Shown: in pieces, positions 56,953 to 64,000 of the stretch
Numbering within the stretch: position 1 is the stretch's first letter
Layout of the letters: the number at the start of each line of letters is the position of its first letter
Virus record (IMG/VR): IMGVR_UViG_3300045391_001472
Span: 7,736-71,735 of that record
Direction: 5' to 3' (one strand)
Source: a virus
Taxonomy: Duplodnaviria > Caudoviricetes
Length of the DNA: 64,000 bases
Notes under the pieces: generated by a model
What the model was told of the DNA's origin: nothing
Seen by the model: the letters and a program-made list of their open reading frames with translations, nothing else
The model's database searches: none
Program-made: the position numbers and the translations under genes

Positions 56953-57308
56953 TGAAAAGTAAGCTAAAATATTTTATTATTTATTTCCCTGTAATATTGG
57001 TTGCACTTCAGGTATTTGGCAATCTTCTTTTTTTTATAAGTCCAGATACATATAATTCAAAAGGATTTTATATTGATACATTTTTGGGAACGAATGTATT
57101 TTTTTCAGTTTTTTTGTTAGTATTTACTTTTACCTTTAAATTTTGTGGGATTAGTAAAGCGGCGGCTATCGCTGAATGTTCATTTGCTTTATTTTATTTG
57201 ATTTTTCAAAGAGATGATATTTATAATATTTTGTTTCAAGTTATTGTGGGAACGTTGGCAATATTATTGACATTCTATTTTATTAGTAAAAAAATAATAT
57301 ACCAATGA
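56952..57308 (+). CDS. 4-TM membrane protein
   Basis: Four hydrophobic segments. Confidence 0.65.
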   Translation: MKSKLKYFIIYFPVILVALQVFGNLLFFISPDTYNSKGFYIDTFLGTNVFFSVFLLVFTFTFKFCGISKAAAIAECSFALFYLIFQRDDIYNILFQVIVGTLAILLTFYFISKKIIYQ

Positions 57309-57577
57309 CAACATCAAAAAATGCAGCAGACCCTCAAAATGACAGAGAATTGTTTTTTAAATTAGAAGGCAAATTAGAAAAATTAATATTTTCTATTGAC
57401 CACTTAGCTGATACATTTAAAGAATGGAAAACTACTGAATTTGCAAAAATGGAAACAACAGTAGAAGATTTATTAAAATGGAAAAATCAGGAAGTAGGAA
57501 AGTGGAAAGCATTAACCATTGGAATAGGAATTTTAACTTTAGTATCATTGTATCTTGCTATTAAAAATGCAGCTTAA
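57305..57577 (+). CDS. coiled-coil plus C-terminal TM protein (holin-like)
   Basis: Coiled coil followed by WKALTIGIGILTLVSLYLAI. Confidence 0.55.
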   Translation: MTTSKNAADPQNDRELFFKLEGKLEKLIFSIDHLADTFKEWKTTEFAKMETTVEDLLKWKNQEVGKWKALTIGIGILTLVSLYLAIKNAA

Positions 57578-57806
57578 TAATGCTCTATGGATATTAGTAA
57601 TTGGGATGATATTTGAAATACTGGTTTTAGTATTCGTTGTTGTGTTTGTAATAACGCAAAGAAGCTGGATGATAAAGAGTTTTAGTAATTGCATGACAAA
57701 AATGAAAGAGGTTGAGAGGGAAATGGAAACAATAAAAAAAGTAAATATCAATATAGGAGAAGTAAAAGAGATTTTAACTGAAGTTGAAAAAATAATTAAA
57801 AAATAA
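57567..57806 (+). CDS. N-terminal TM plus coiled-coil protein
   Basis: Long hydrophobic N-terminus, charged helix; start at MQLNN. Confidence 0.5.
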   Translation: MQLNNALWILVIGMIFEILVLVFVVVFVITQRSWMIKSFSNCMTKMKEVEREMETIKKVNINIGEVKEILTEVEKIIKK

Positions 57807-57810
57807 AACT

Positions 57811-58077
57811 ATGCTACTAAACATTTTTCACACAGGGGGGGTAACATTAGCTCTAACTATTTTTTGGTTAGGACTTACTTCATGGTTTTTATATCAGGCA
57901 AGCAAAGCCCATAATAGTGGATGGTATCAGATCAATCCAACCACACACGAAAAAACAGAAGGGAAAGATAAGATACCATTTACTCAAATACCTCAATTTT
58001 GGTTTGCTGTTGCAGTAACAGTAATGTATATAATTGTTATGGTTTTTGTTGTTGCACCTGACTATAAAGGAGTATAA
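57811..58077 (+). CDS. 2-TM membrane protein
   Basis: Two hydrophobic segments. Confidence 0.6.
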   Translation: MLLNIFHTGGVTLALTIFWLGLTSWFLYQASKAHNSGWYQINPTTHEKTEGKDKIPFTQIPQFWFAVAVTVMYIIVMVFVVAPDYKGV

Positions 58078-58451
58078 TGCTTATTTTACAAGCCGCCTAT
58101 ATTGTCTTTGTAATTTTACTTGCAAAAGTAAATAGCAATATTATTAAGAATAATAGGAAAGTGTGGCACTTCGGAAATGCTTTACTTCATTTAACGATTG
58201 CTTGCTTTACTTCTTTTATTTGGTGGTGGGGAATTGGACTTGCTATATTATGCAACACAAGAGTATTTTTCGATTCATTCTTAAACTATTTTAGATTTGG
58301 CAGGATAAATTATGTTAGTTCTTCCCCTGCAAGTTTTATTGATAGAATGGAATTAAGAGTATTTGGCAATGAGTTTTATTTACCCAAAATGATGTATCTA
58401 TTAACTTCACTTAGTCTAAATTGTTTTTATTATATTCTGATTTATAAATGA
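58077..58451 (+). CDS. multi-TM membrane protein
   Basis: Hydrophobic; WHFGN and FFDSFLNYFR motifs. Confidence 0.6.
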   Translation: MLILQAAYIVFVILLAKVNSNIIKNNRKVWHFGNALLHLTIACFTSFIWWWGIGLAILCNTRVFFDSFLNYFRFGRINYVSSSPASFIDRMELRVFGNEFYLPKMMYLLTSLSLNCFYYILIYK

Positions 58452-58801
58452 AACTAACAAAGCATAATGTAATAGTAGGATTGATAATTTTAGTTATTGT
58501 CATTGGTGGAGTTATTTTATTCTCGTTATTAAAATCCAATAAGCAAGTAAAAGATATTTACTTTGATAAATACATGGCATTAAAAGACTCAATGATTAGT
58601 CATGCTCAACAAGACGCAAATAATTATAGAGATTTATATTTACAATCAAAGAAGGATGATTCTTTAACAATGGCAAATCTTATTCAATCACAAAAAATAT
58701 TCAGATTAAATATAAATGAAAGCCTCAAAAACATACCCATTAATCTTGCTCGTATTGCTAACAATGATGACAGTATCAGGGCTGCGTTCTCAAGGAATTG
58801 A
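58448..58801 (+). CDS. i-spanin (Rz)-like protein
   Basis: N-terminal TM plus coiled coil; overlaps the next gene; DSM, DSL and DSI sequons. Confidence 0.55.
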   Translation: MKLTKHNVIVGLIILVIVIGGVILFSLLKSNKQVKDIYFDKYMALKDSMISHAQQDANNYRDLYLQSKKDDSLTMANLIQSQKIFRLNINESLKNIPINLARIANNDDSIRAAFSRN

Positions 58802-59144
58802 TACTACGGGTAAATTGTGGATTAATAGACAAGATGCTTTAAGAAAATTAGCACAAGCTGATTCATTAAAAGTTTACAAAGTATGGTTAATGCAATGCTC
58901 TAACGATGTTGATACACTTTATAAAATTGCCAATCTCAAACAATCCCAAATAAACAACTTATTAAATGCTGATAAATCAAATCAAACAGCTATTGAATTA
59001 TTGAAAAACCAAAAACAAGATTATGAAAACAAAATCAAATCCGATGAAAAACTTTTATTAAAAGAAAGACGTAAAAAGAAATGGGCTTTATTTGGAGGAA
59101 CGGCAGCAATGGGCATACTTACTTTTCTTTACTTAACCAAATAG
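58716..59144 (+). CDS. spanin partner-like exported coiled-coil protein with C-terminal TM
   Basis: Signal-like N-terminus, coiled coil, C-terminal WALFGGTAAMGILTFLYL; DTT, DSL and DTL sequons. Confidence 0.5.
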   Translation: MKASKTYPLILLVLLTMMTVSGLRSQGIDTTGKLWINRQDALRKLAQADSLKVYKVWLMQCSNDVDTLYKIANLKQSQINNLLNADKSNQTAIELLKNQKQDYENKIKSDEKLLLKERRKKKWALFGGTAAMGILTFLYLTK

Positions 59145-59147
59145 CTT

Positions 59148-59657
59148 ATGTGGGGTTTTGCATGGAATATATTCAACAAAAAAGAAGATAATAAAATGAA
59201 AGATGCCATCTCAATACCAAGAGTTAAACAACTTCATCCAAAAGTAATTGATGACTTCAAAAACTTCATTACGGATGCCGAACAAGGATTAGGAATTGTA
59301 ATAAGAGTTACACAAGGATTGAGAACATTTGAAGAGCAGCAGGCTTTATACGATATGGGTAGAACAAAGCCCGGTAAGATCGTTACCAAAGCAAAGCCCG
59401 GACAATCTTATCATCAATACGGTTTAGCGATTGATACAGTAGAGATAATTAATAATGGTAAAGATGTTGATTGGAATTACGATATGGCTAAATTAGTGCC
59501 TTATGCCCATAAATACGGTATCACATGGGGCGGCTCATTTCAAAACTTCAAAGACTACCCACACTTCGAGAAAACGATGGGTTATAATTGGAGAGATTTA
59601 TTAGCTAAATATAATGCAAAGGATTTTATTACAGGAACACAATATGTCAACATATAA
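59148..59657 (+). CDS. endolysin, M15 family L-Ala-D-Glu peptidase (CwlK-like)
   Basis: QGLRTFEEQQALY, SYHQYGLAID, WGGSF...DYPHFE. Confidence 0.9.
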   Translation: MWGFAWNIFNKKEDNKMKDAISIPRVKQLHPKVIDDFKNFITDAEQGLGIVIRVTQGLRTFEEQQALYDMGRTKPGKIVTKAKPGQSYHQYGLAIDTVEIINNGKDVDWNYDMAKLVPYAHKYGITWGGSFQNFKDYPHFEKTMGYNWRDLLAKYNAKDFITGTQYVNI

Positions 59658-59841
59658 TCCAAATCCTATCTTTCTCTCCTTCCAACACATATTTAAACCA
59701 TAAACTTCTCGTTCCAGTTCCTTTTATATCCTGTCTTATTAGACGGTATAAATAGCTTTCACTCATTTTATGATTTCTTCTTGTTCGTTGTGGATTGTAT
59801 TTAGCTGCATATTCAGCTAAGGATATTTTTCTTTTTTTCAT
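59647..59841 (-). CDS. small DNA-binding protein (HTH-like)
   Basis: ISLAEYAAKY...SESYLYRLIRQ; TAATTTCG promoter-like element just upstream. Confidence 0.55.
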   Translation of the reverse strand: MKKRKISLAEYAAKYNPQRTRRNHKMSESYLYRLIRQDIKGTGTRSLWFKYVLEGEKDRIWIIC

Positions 59842-59889
59842 GTATGCGAAATTACTGAACATTGAACTTTGAACCAAATAATAATAAAT

Positions 59890-59918
59890 AAAAAGCCCCA
59901 CATTAGATAATGCAGGGC
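59890..59918 (-). terminator. intrinsic terminator of the right early operon
   Basis: Minus strand GCCCTGCATT...AATGTGGGGC plus TTTTT. Confidence 0.7.
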
Positions 59919-59947
59919 ATGGGTAATACTAAACACAAGAACAGAGG

Positions 59948-60133
59948 TTAAGCAGTTAGTTTTTTGACTTTGGTTATTTTTCTAACAGTTAGTTGATTGT
60001 TTTGCAAACCATCTCTTACATGGGCTACTTCTCTCATTGCATCTCCTAATTTATTTCCTTCAATATGCCAATTCAAATGGTCTAATTTTCCCATAACAAC
60101 TTCCAATTTTTTTAGTGCTGCTGATTTTGTCAT
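59948..60133 (-). CDS. hypothetical protein
   Basis: ORF in early operon. Confidence 0.5.
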   Translation of the reverse strand: MTKSAALKKLEVVMGKLDHLNWHIEGNKLGDAMREVAHVRDGLQNNQLTVRKITKVKKLTA

Positions 60134-60144
60134 AATAATAGTTT

Positions 60145-60426
60145 TTAAGGTTTATAAATAAATCTTCTTTTCTCAATCATATTCAATCCACATAGTGTAA
60201 ATGTTTTTTCTTGTCTGGATGCTTCCAGTTTATAAACGTTCAAAGTGCTATCACATAAATAGCTTTTATCTAAGGTATCGGTTCTTATAAATGAGGTATC
60301 AATTAAATTATATTTATCTGATAGCATTATGCAGAGTTCACAATGTTTGGGAATATCTTTTTGAGTCCAATGATTTTTAGAACAAGAAAAAATAATCATG
60401 GATAGTATTAGTAGGGGAGTTTTCAT
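60145..60426 (-). CDS. early lipoprotein
   Basis: MKTPLLILSMIIFSC lipobox; CELC; DTL and DST sequons. Confidence 0.7.
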   Translation of the reverse strand: MKTPLLILSMIIFSCSKNHWTQKDIPKHCELCIMLSDKYNLIDTSFIRTDTLDKSYLCDSTLNVYKLEASRQEKTFTLCGLNMIEKRRFIYKP

Positions 60427-60429
60427 GGC

Positions 60430-60633
60430 TTATCCTCCTATTACAGATAAGTGAGGATATTTTTTTGCCTTTCTGATTGCATTTTTTTCATTCAATGCCC
60501 AGACTATTTGCGCCCCTATTTCAAATCTCTTTAATCCATTTGGTCGTGGAGCTTCAATATTTGAATATTGAGAGGATAGAATAGTTTCTGCTCTCTTTCC
60601 TAAGTTTTTCATTTTGTAAATTGTAATACTCAT
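60430..60633 (-). CDS. hypothetical protein
   Basis: VWALNEKNAIRKA motif; start at MSITIY. Confidence 0.5.
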   Translation of the reverse strand: MSITIYKMKNLGKRAETILSSQYSNIEAPRPNGLKRFEIGAQIVWALNEKNAIRKAKKYPHLSVIGG

Positions 60634-60643
60634 AAATTTTATT

Positions 60644-60838
60644 TTATCGGTTATTAATTTCAATTTTCAATTCATTAGGTAGCATTATTACCCCTTCAAA
60701 TAATCCTGCACGTTTAGCTTGATTAACCATTTTACAGGCTTTATCAAAGTATAAATCATCTCCCATTGTATGACATAGCTCGGCTATGAATTTCTTCTTT
60801 TCCATTTCGGATAGTTTATTCCATTTACTGTTAGTCAT
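60644..60838 (-). CDS. hypothetical protein
   Basis: ORF in early operon. Confidence 0.5.
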   Translation of the reverse strand: MTNSKWNKLSEMEKKKFIAELCHTMGDDLYFDKACKMVNQAKRAGLFEGVIMLPNELKIEINNR

Positions 60839-61203
60839 GGTTGAAGTGGTTTAGATGTTAAATGCCAATATCCGCAAATATTACATTGATAGGCTCTAAT
60901 AGGTAAGATATGTCTTTCTGCTTGCTTTCCCTTTGCTCTGATCTCACGCAAATGCTTTTTAGCTTCTTCTTCACTCATGTAAAAATATTTAGTACATGGT
61001 AAGGTAACAGTAGGAATTTCTTTTTTTTCTTCTTGCTTGCCTTTTAGATTATCCAAATTTTCTTCTATGTATGCTTTCATTTCAGGATAATCAGCCATGT
61101 GCTTTTTATTCCCATATATTCCGAGCAGGTAACTTGCAGGAAGATTTTTCAAAGAGGTAAATTTATATTTACCAAATGGTATTAACCAATTATCGTGATT
61201 CAT
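60835..61203 (-). CDS. DUF3820-like (PFGKYK) domain fused to a C-terminal Zn-finger
   Basis: IPFGKYK..LKNLPASYL; C..K..Y.SEEEA...RAYQCNICGYWHLTS. Confidence 0.65.
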   Translation of the reverse strand: MNHDNWLIPFGKYKFTSLKNLPASYLLGIYGNKKHMADYPEMKAYIEENLDNLKGKQEEKKEIPTVTLPCTKYFYMSEEEAKKHLREIRAKGKQAERHILPIRAYQCNICGYWHLTSKPLQP

Positions 61204-61325
61204 TTGTTTAAGAGGGAAGATATAACCGCTTCCCATCGGTTTAATAGTTAATCAAATATCATCATATCCAAGTATTTTAATAATCAGTAGAAAGAGTAAG
61301 GCTTTCATCGTGGTTAGTTGTGGGG

Positions 61326-61643
61326 TTAATAATGATAATAATGTTTTATAGCCGTAAGGCAAGCTCTATAAACGCCTTGTATTTTAGATACATTGTTTTT
61401 GAACGAATCGAATTTTTTACTTGATATTGCCGGATAATGCAAATAGGTATTTTCGCAATCTATCACAACAACATAACCTCTTTTTTCTAATTGGGCGATC
61501 ACTTGCATTAATCCATTAAAGTCTATCGTTAATCCAATACCTTTCCAGCGCATAAAATCACAAAATAGGTTTGCCACTATATTAGGCACTTCAATAGTTT
61601 CTTTAATTTCTTTTACTGTTGGCGTATCTATTTGAGTTGTCAT
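61326..61643 (-). CDS. hypothetical protein
   Basis: ORF in early operon. Confidence 0.5.
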   Translation of the reverse strand: MTTQIDTPTVKEIKETIEVPNIVANLFCDFMRWKGIGLTIDFNGLMQVIAQLEKRGYVVVIDCENTYLHYPAISSKKFDSFKNNVSKIQGVYRACLTAIKHYYHY

Positions 61644-61664
61644 GTGTTTAGTTTTTAAAAAAGG

Positions 61665-61916
61665 TTAATCAATACATACTGTTAATACATCATTGGTAAG
61701 ATCATTTCCCAAAATATACAATATCATTTTATCATTATCAGCATACATTGAACGCAGCATTTTAACCACTCCTTTTATATTTCTATTTCTTAAACCTGAT
61801 TGAATGGCTGCTGCTATCATGCCGCCCTTTGCTTCTGTAATGTCTTCCAATGCTATTGATATTTTAACGAGCTTGAAACTATTGGCTAAGTCAGGTAATG
61901 AGGATAATGTTTGCAT
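61665..61916 (-). CDS. hypothetical protein
   Basis: ORF in early operon. Confidence 0.5.
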   Translation of the reverse strand: MQTLSSLPDLANSFKLVKISIALEDITEAKGGMIAAAIQSGLRNRNIKGVVKMLRSMYADNDKMILYILGNDLTNDVLTVCID

Positions 61917-61935
61917 AATGGTTAATTGTTATATG

Positions 61936-62673
61936 TTATTTTAATAGTTTTTGTTGAGTTATTTCCATTAAAGATTTTTGCAATTTCAATGAAGCCTTTA
62001 AAAGTTTGTCGGTGTATATTCTTAAATAAAAGGTTCTATTATAGTCTCCAATATCAATAGTTCCATCTTCTCTTATAAATAAACCGCCTTTTAAATTACC
62101 GGTTTTTGCATCTTTAACAGTCATATCAGATACGCCAATGTTTAAAAAATTTCCTCCCATCATTTCAAATATTTTATTGCCTTCTTCATCTGTAAGATTT
62201 ACAATATCTCCCGTATTTATTTTGCCTATAAAATTCTCTTCCAAATTTGTCCAAATTTTAGCAAAGTCAATGGTATCTTTTATTCCAAGATTAGGGAGTG
62301 AAATTTCTAATTTGCCACCGTCTTTTATTTCAATATCCTTTTCTTTTACAATAATCTCTTTTTTGCCTGTAACGGCCTTAGCAACTTCTTTTTTAACCTT
62401 TTTATCTGTTGGCGAATCTGCAAATGATATTGACGGCTCTTTAGCGGTTAATTTAGCCGAAACTACGGCATAATTCCAATTACTATCAATGTCTGCGAAG
62501 TCCATTATTTCAGCCATTGTATCGCCTGCAATAAGAGAATCCAATTTATCTAAATCAATTTCTCCGCTTTCAATATAATCTCCATTAATAATGCAATTAA
62601 AATAAAAACGTTTATCGCATCTTTCATGGCTCATCATTAAAGGCTCAATCCATAAATATATATTCGTGTTCAT
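61936..62673 (-). CDS. hypothetical protein
   Basis: 245-aa ORF in early operon. Confidence 0.55.
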   Translation of the reverse strand: MNTNIYLWIEPLMMSHERCDKRFYFNCIINGDYIESGEIDLDKLDSLIAGDTMAEIMDFADIDSNWNYAVVSAKLTAKEPSISFADSPTDKKVKKEVAKAVTGKKEIIVKEKDIEIKDGGKLEISLPNLGIKDTIDFAKIWTNLEENFIGKINTGDIVNLTDEEGNKIFEMMGGNFLNIGVSDMTVKDAKTGNLKGGLFIREDGTIDIGDYNRTFYLRIYTDKLLKASLKLQKSLMEITQQKLLK

Positions 62674-62674
62674 T

Positions 62675-62875
62675 TTAATTATTATTTTCAGCGTTCATAC
62701 AATACATTCTATAATAATCTCCCATTGAGCCAGTCTGCATACAACCGCTAATCATTCCTTGAATTTCTTGTTTTATCTGATCTTTGCCTATCCTTTCACC
62801 ATCATCCGCAAACTGTTTTAAATACTCTTTAATGGCTTTTACTTCGTTGTTTGTAAGTTCTATTGTGATTTTCAT
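62675..62875 (-). CDS. hypothetical protein
   Basis: ORF in early operon. Confidence 0.5.
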   Translation of the reverse strand: MKITIELTNNEVKAIKEYLKQFADDGERIGKDQIKQEIQGMISGCMQTGSMGDYYRMYCMNAENNN

Positions 62876-62949
62876 TATAGTAAATTTGAGGTTATTAAAA
62901 AGACGGGTTTTTGATATAGTTCCCCCGTTAAACTACTACACAAAGCAAC

Positions 62950-63900
62950 TTACCATTTTAATAAGTTAGCAATATATTTTACGTCTTCTTTTGGTATTGT
63001 GTGGCATCCTGCTTTAATATAATCCTTGCCAGTTTCAGTTATTGTGTAATTCATTACAGGGATTGACAAGTCTTTGCAGCTTCCTTCTATACATCCATTT
63101 AATTGAACATAGGCACGTTTAGCAATCTCGACAGGTATTTGCACGCCTTTAGATGTTTCAAGTCTCTTTTGAGCCTTATTATACCTTAGTCTTGTCATAT
63201 AATCGCTGCTTTGCTCATAATATCTGATTAGTTGCATTAAATTACTTGGCAAGTCTTTTATAGCTTCGTCATCATATTTGCGCCACAAGTCAAGATATGT
63301 TTGATAGGCTTTTGCACCTTGTTTTATTTTTCTTTCATTTGCGGCATCTTGTTTGGCCTTTGCTTCTCTTGCCTTCTCTATAAAATCAGGCGACTTTACA
63401 AGGCTCAAAAGGGTTTTTAATTCCTTATCTTTTATAGGTAAAGAGAAATATTTGCAATAGGCTTGTAATTGATTTACGTTAGTTTGAATGACTGATAAAC
63501 GGCTTTCGGGCTTGTTTCTTTTGTTCCCTAATTCCAGCATCATTTTTTTAATATTTCCTTTCCAGTAGTTTAGATTAGCTGAATGAATTAAAGTAAAAGA
63601 CTGTTTATTTAGTGGCTTATCATTGCCATAATATTTTACGGGAACATCATAACACCAAATAATATTTTTATGGCTTATTGCTCCTCTGGCTTTGCTTATA
63701 TGCTTTGCCGTTGTATTGGAGTAAGAGGAAAGGGTAAATAAAACATCATTTCCCTCTATTGTGGCAATTGGAAAATGTTTACCATAACTAAAGATCGTTG
63801 CGCCTTCAAAAAATAAGCTGCCGTTAGAATTTCTCCCAGCATCTTGCGACTGTTGCGACCAAATATGGGGAACGTCTGAATTGTTAAATACTTTTTTCAT
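62950..63900 (-). CDS. conserved early phage protein of unknown function
   Basis: PHIWSQQSQDAG, IFSYGKHFPIA, YSNTTAKH, LETSKGVQIP, IKAGCHTIP motifs. Confidence 0.7.
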   Translation of the reverse strand: MKKVFNNSDVPHIWSQQSQDAGRNSNGSLFFEGATIFSYGKHFPIATIEGNDVLFTLSSYSNTTAKHISKARGAISHKNIIWCYDVPVKYYGNDKPLNKQSFTLIHSANLNYWKGNIKKMMLELGNKRNKPESRLSVIQTNVNQLQAYCKYFSLPIKDKELKTLLSLVKSPDFIEKAREAKAKQDAANERKIKQGAKAYQTYLDLWRKYDDEAIKDLPSNLMQLIRYYEQSSDYMTRLRYNKAQKRLETSKGVQIPVEIAKRAYVQLNGCIEGSCKDLSIPVMNYTITETGKDYIKAGCHTIPKEDVKYIANLLKW

Positions 63901-64000
63901 TGCTTTGTGTTTTGTGTTAAGAAAAATTGTTATTTAGTATATTAAAGGTTAAATAAAATAGATTACATATTTTTTAAAGCGGCTTCCATTTCGGAAAAAT

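Noticed and set aside
1-64000. Stop-codon reassignment, tRNAs, CRISPR array, integrase/att site
   Set aside because: Core genes are intact in the standard code, and I saw no cloverleaf with T-loop consensus, no regularly spaced repeat array and no recombinase motifs.

Overview
AT-rich, gene-dense segment covering most of a tailed dsDNA phage genome, most likely a podovirus of a Bacteroidota host. Host evidence: TAnnTTTG promoters, no Shine-Dalgarno leaders, a Gln-starting Sec substrate and D-S/T-x glycosylation sequons. Layout: (i) 0.3-7.0 kb leftward early/replication genes, including a Mom-like DNA modifier, HNH-like proteins, a lambda-style initiator/loader-like pair and a structured non-coding region. 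(ii) 7.1-15 kb rightward glycosyl-/methyl-/pyruvyl-transferase cluster, bracketed by two antisense structural-like genes. (iii) 15.5-29 kb groEL, groES, groES-like, portal, HNH, terL, scaffold, major capsid protein and a GIY-YIG gene. (iv) 29-55 kb crAss-like tail module with a Ser/Thr-rich coiled-coil fibre followed by a four-domain Maf-MTase-FkbM-2OG enzyme and a GT8-like gene, then three ejection proteins (one with an ART-like insert) and a second fibre with a Sec signal peptide. (v) 55.7-59.7 kb expanded membrane/lysis cassette with an M15 endolysin. (vi) 59.6-63.9 kb leftward early genes. I found no polymerase, primase, integrase, tRNA or CRISPR array. The most promising system is two-route virion-appendage glycosylation: phage enzymes acting on a cytoplasmic S/T-rich fibre, and a Sec-exported, Cys-rich fibre loaded with host O-glycosylation sequons. 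All family assignments come from motif recognition by eye; no database was searched.
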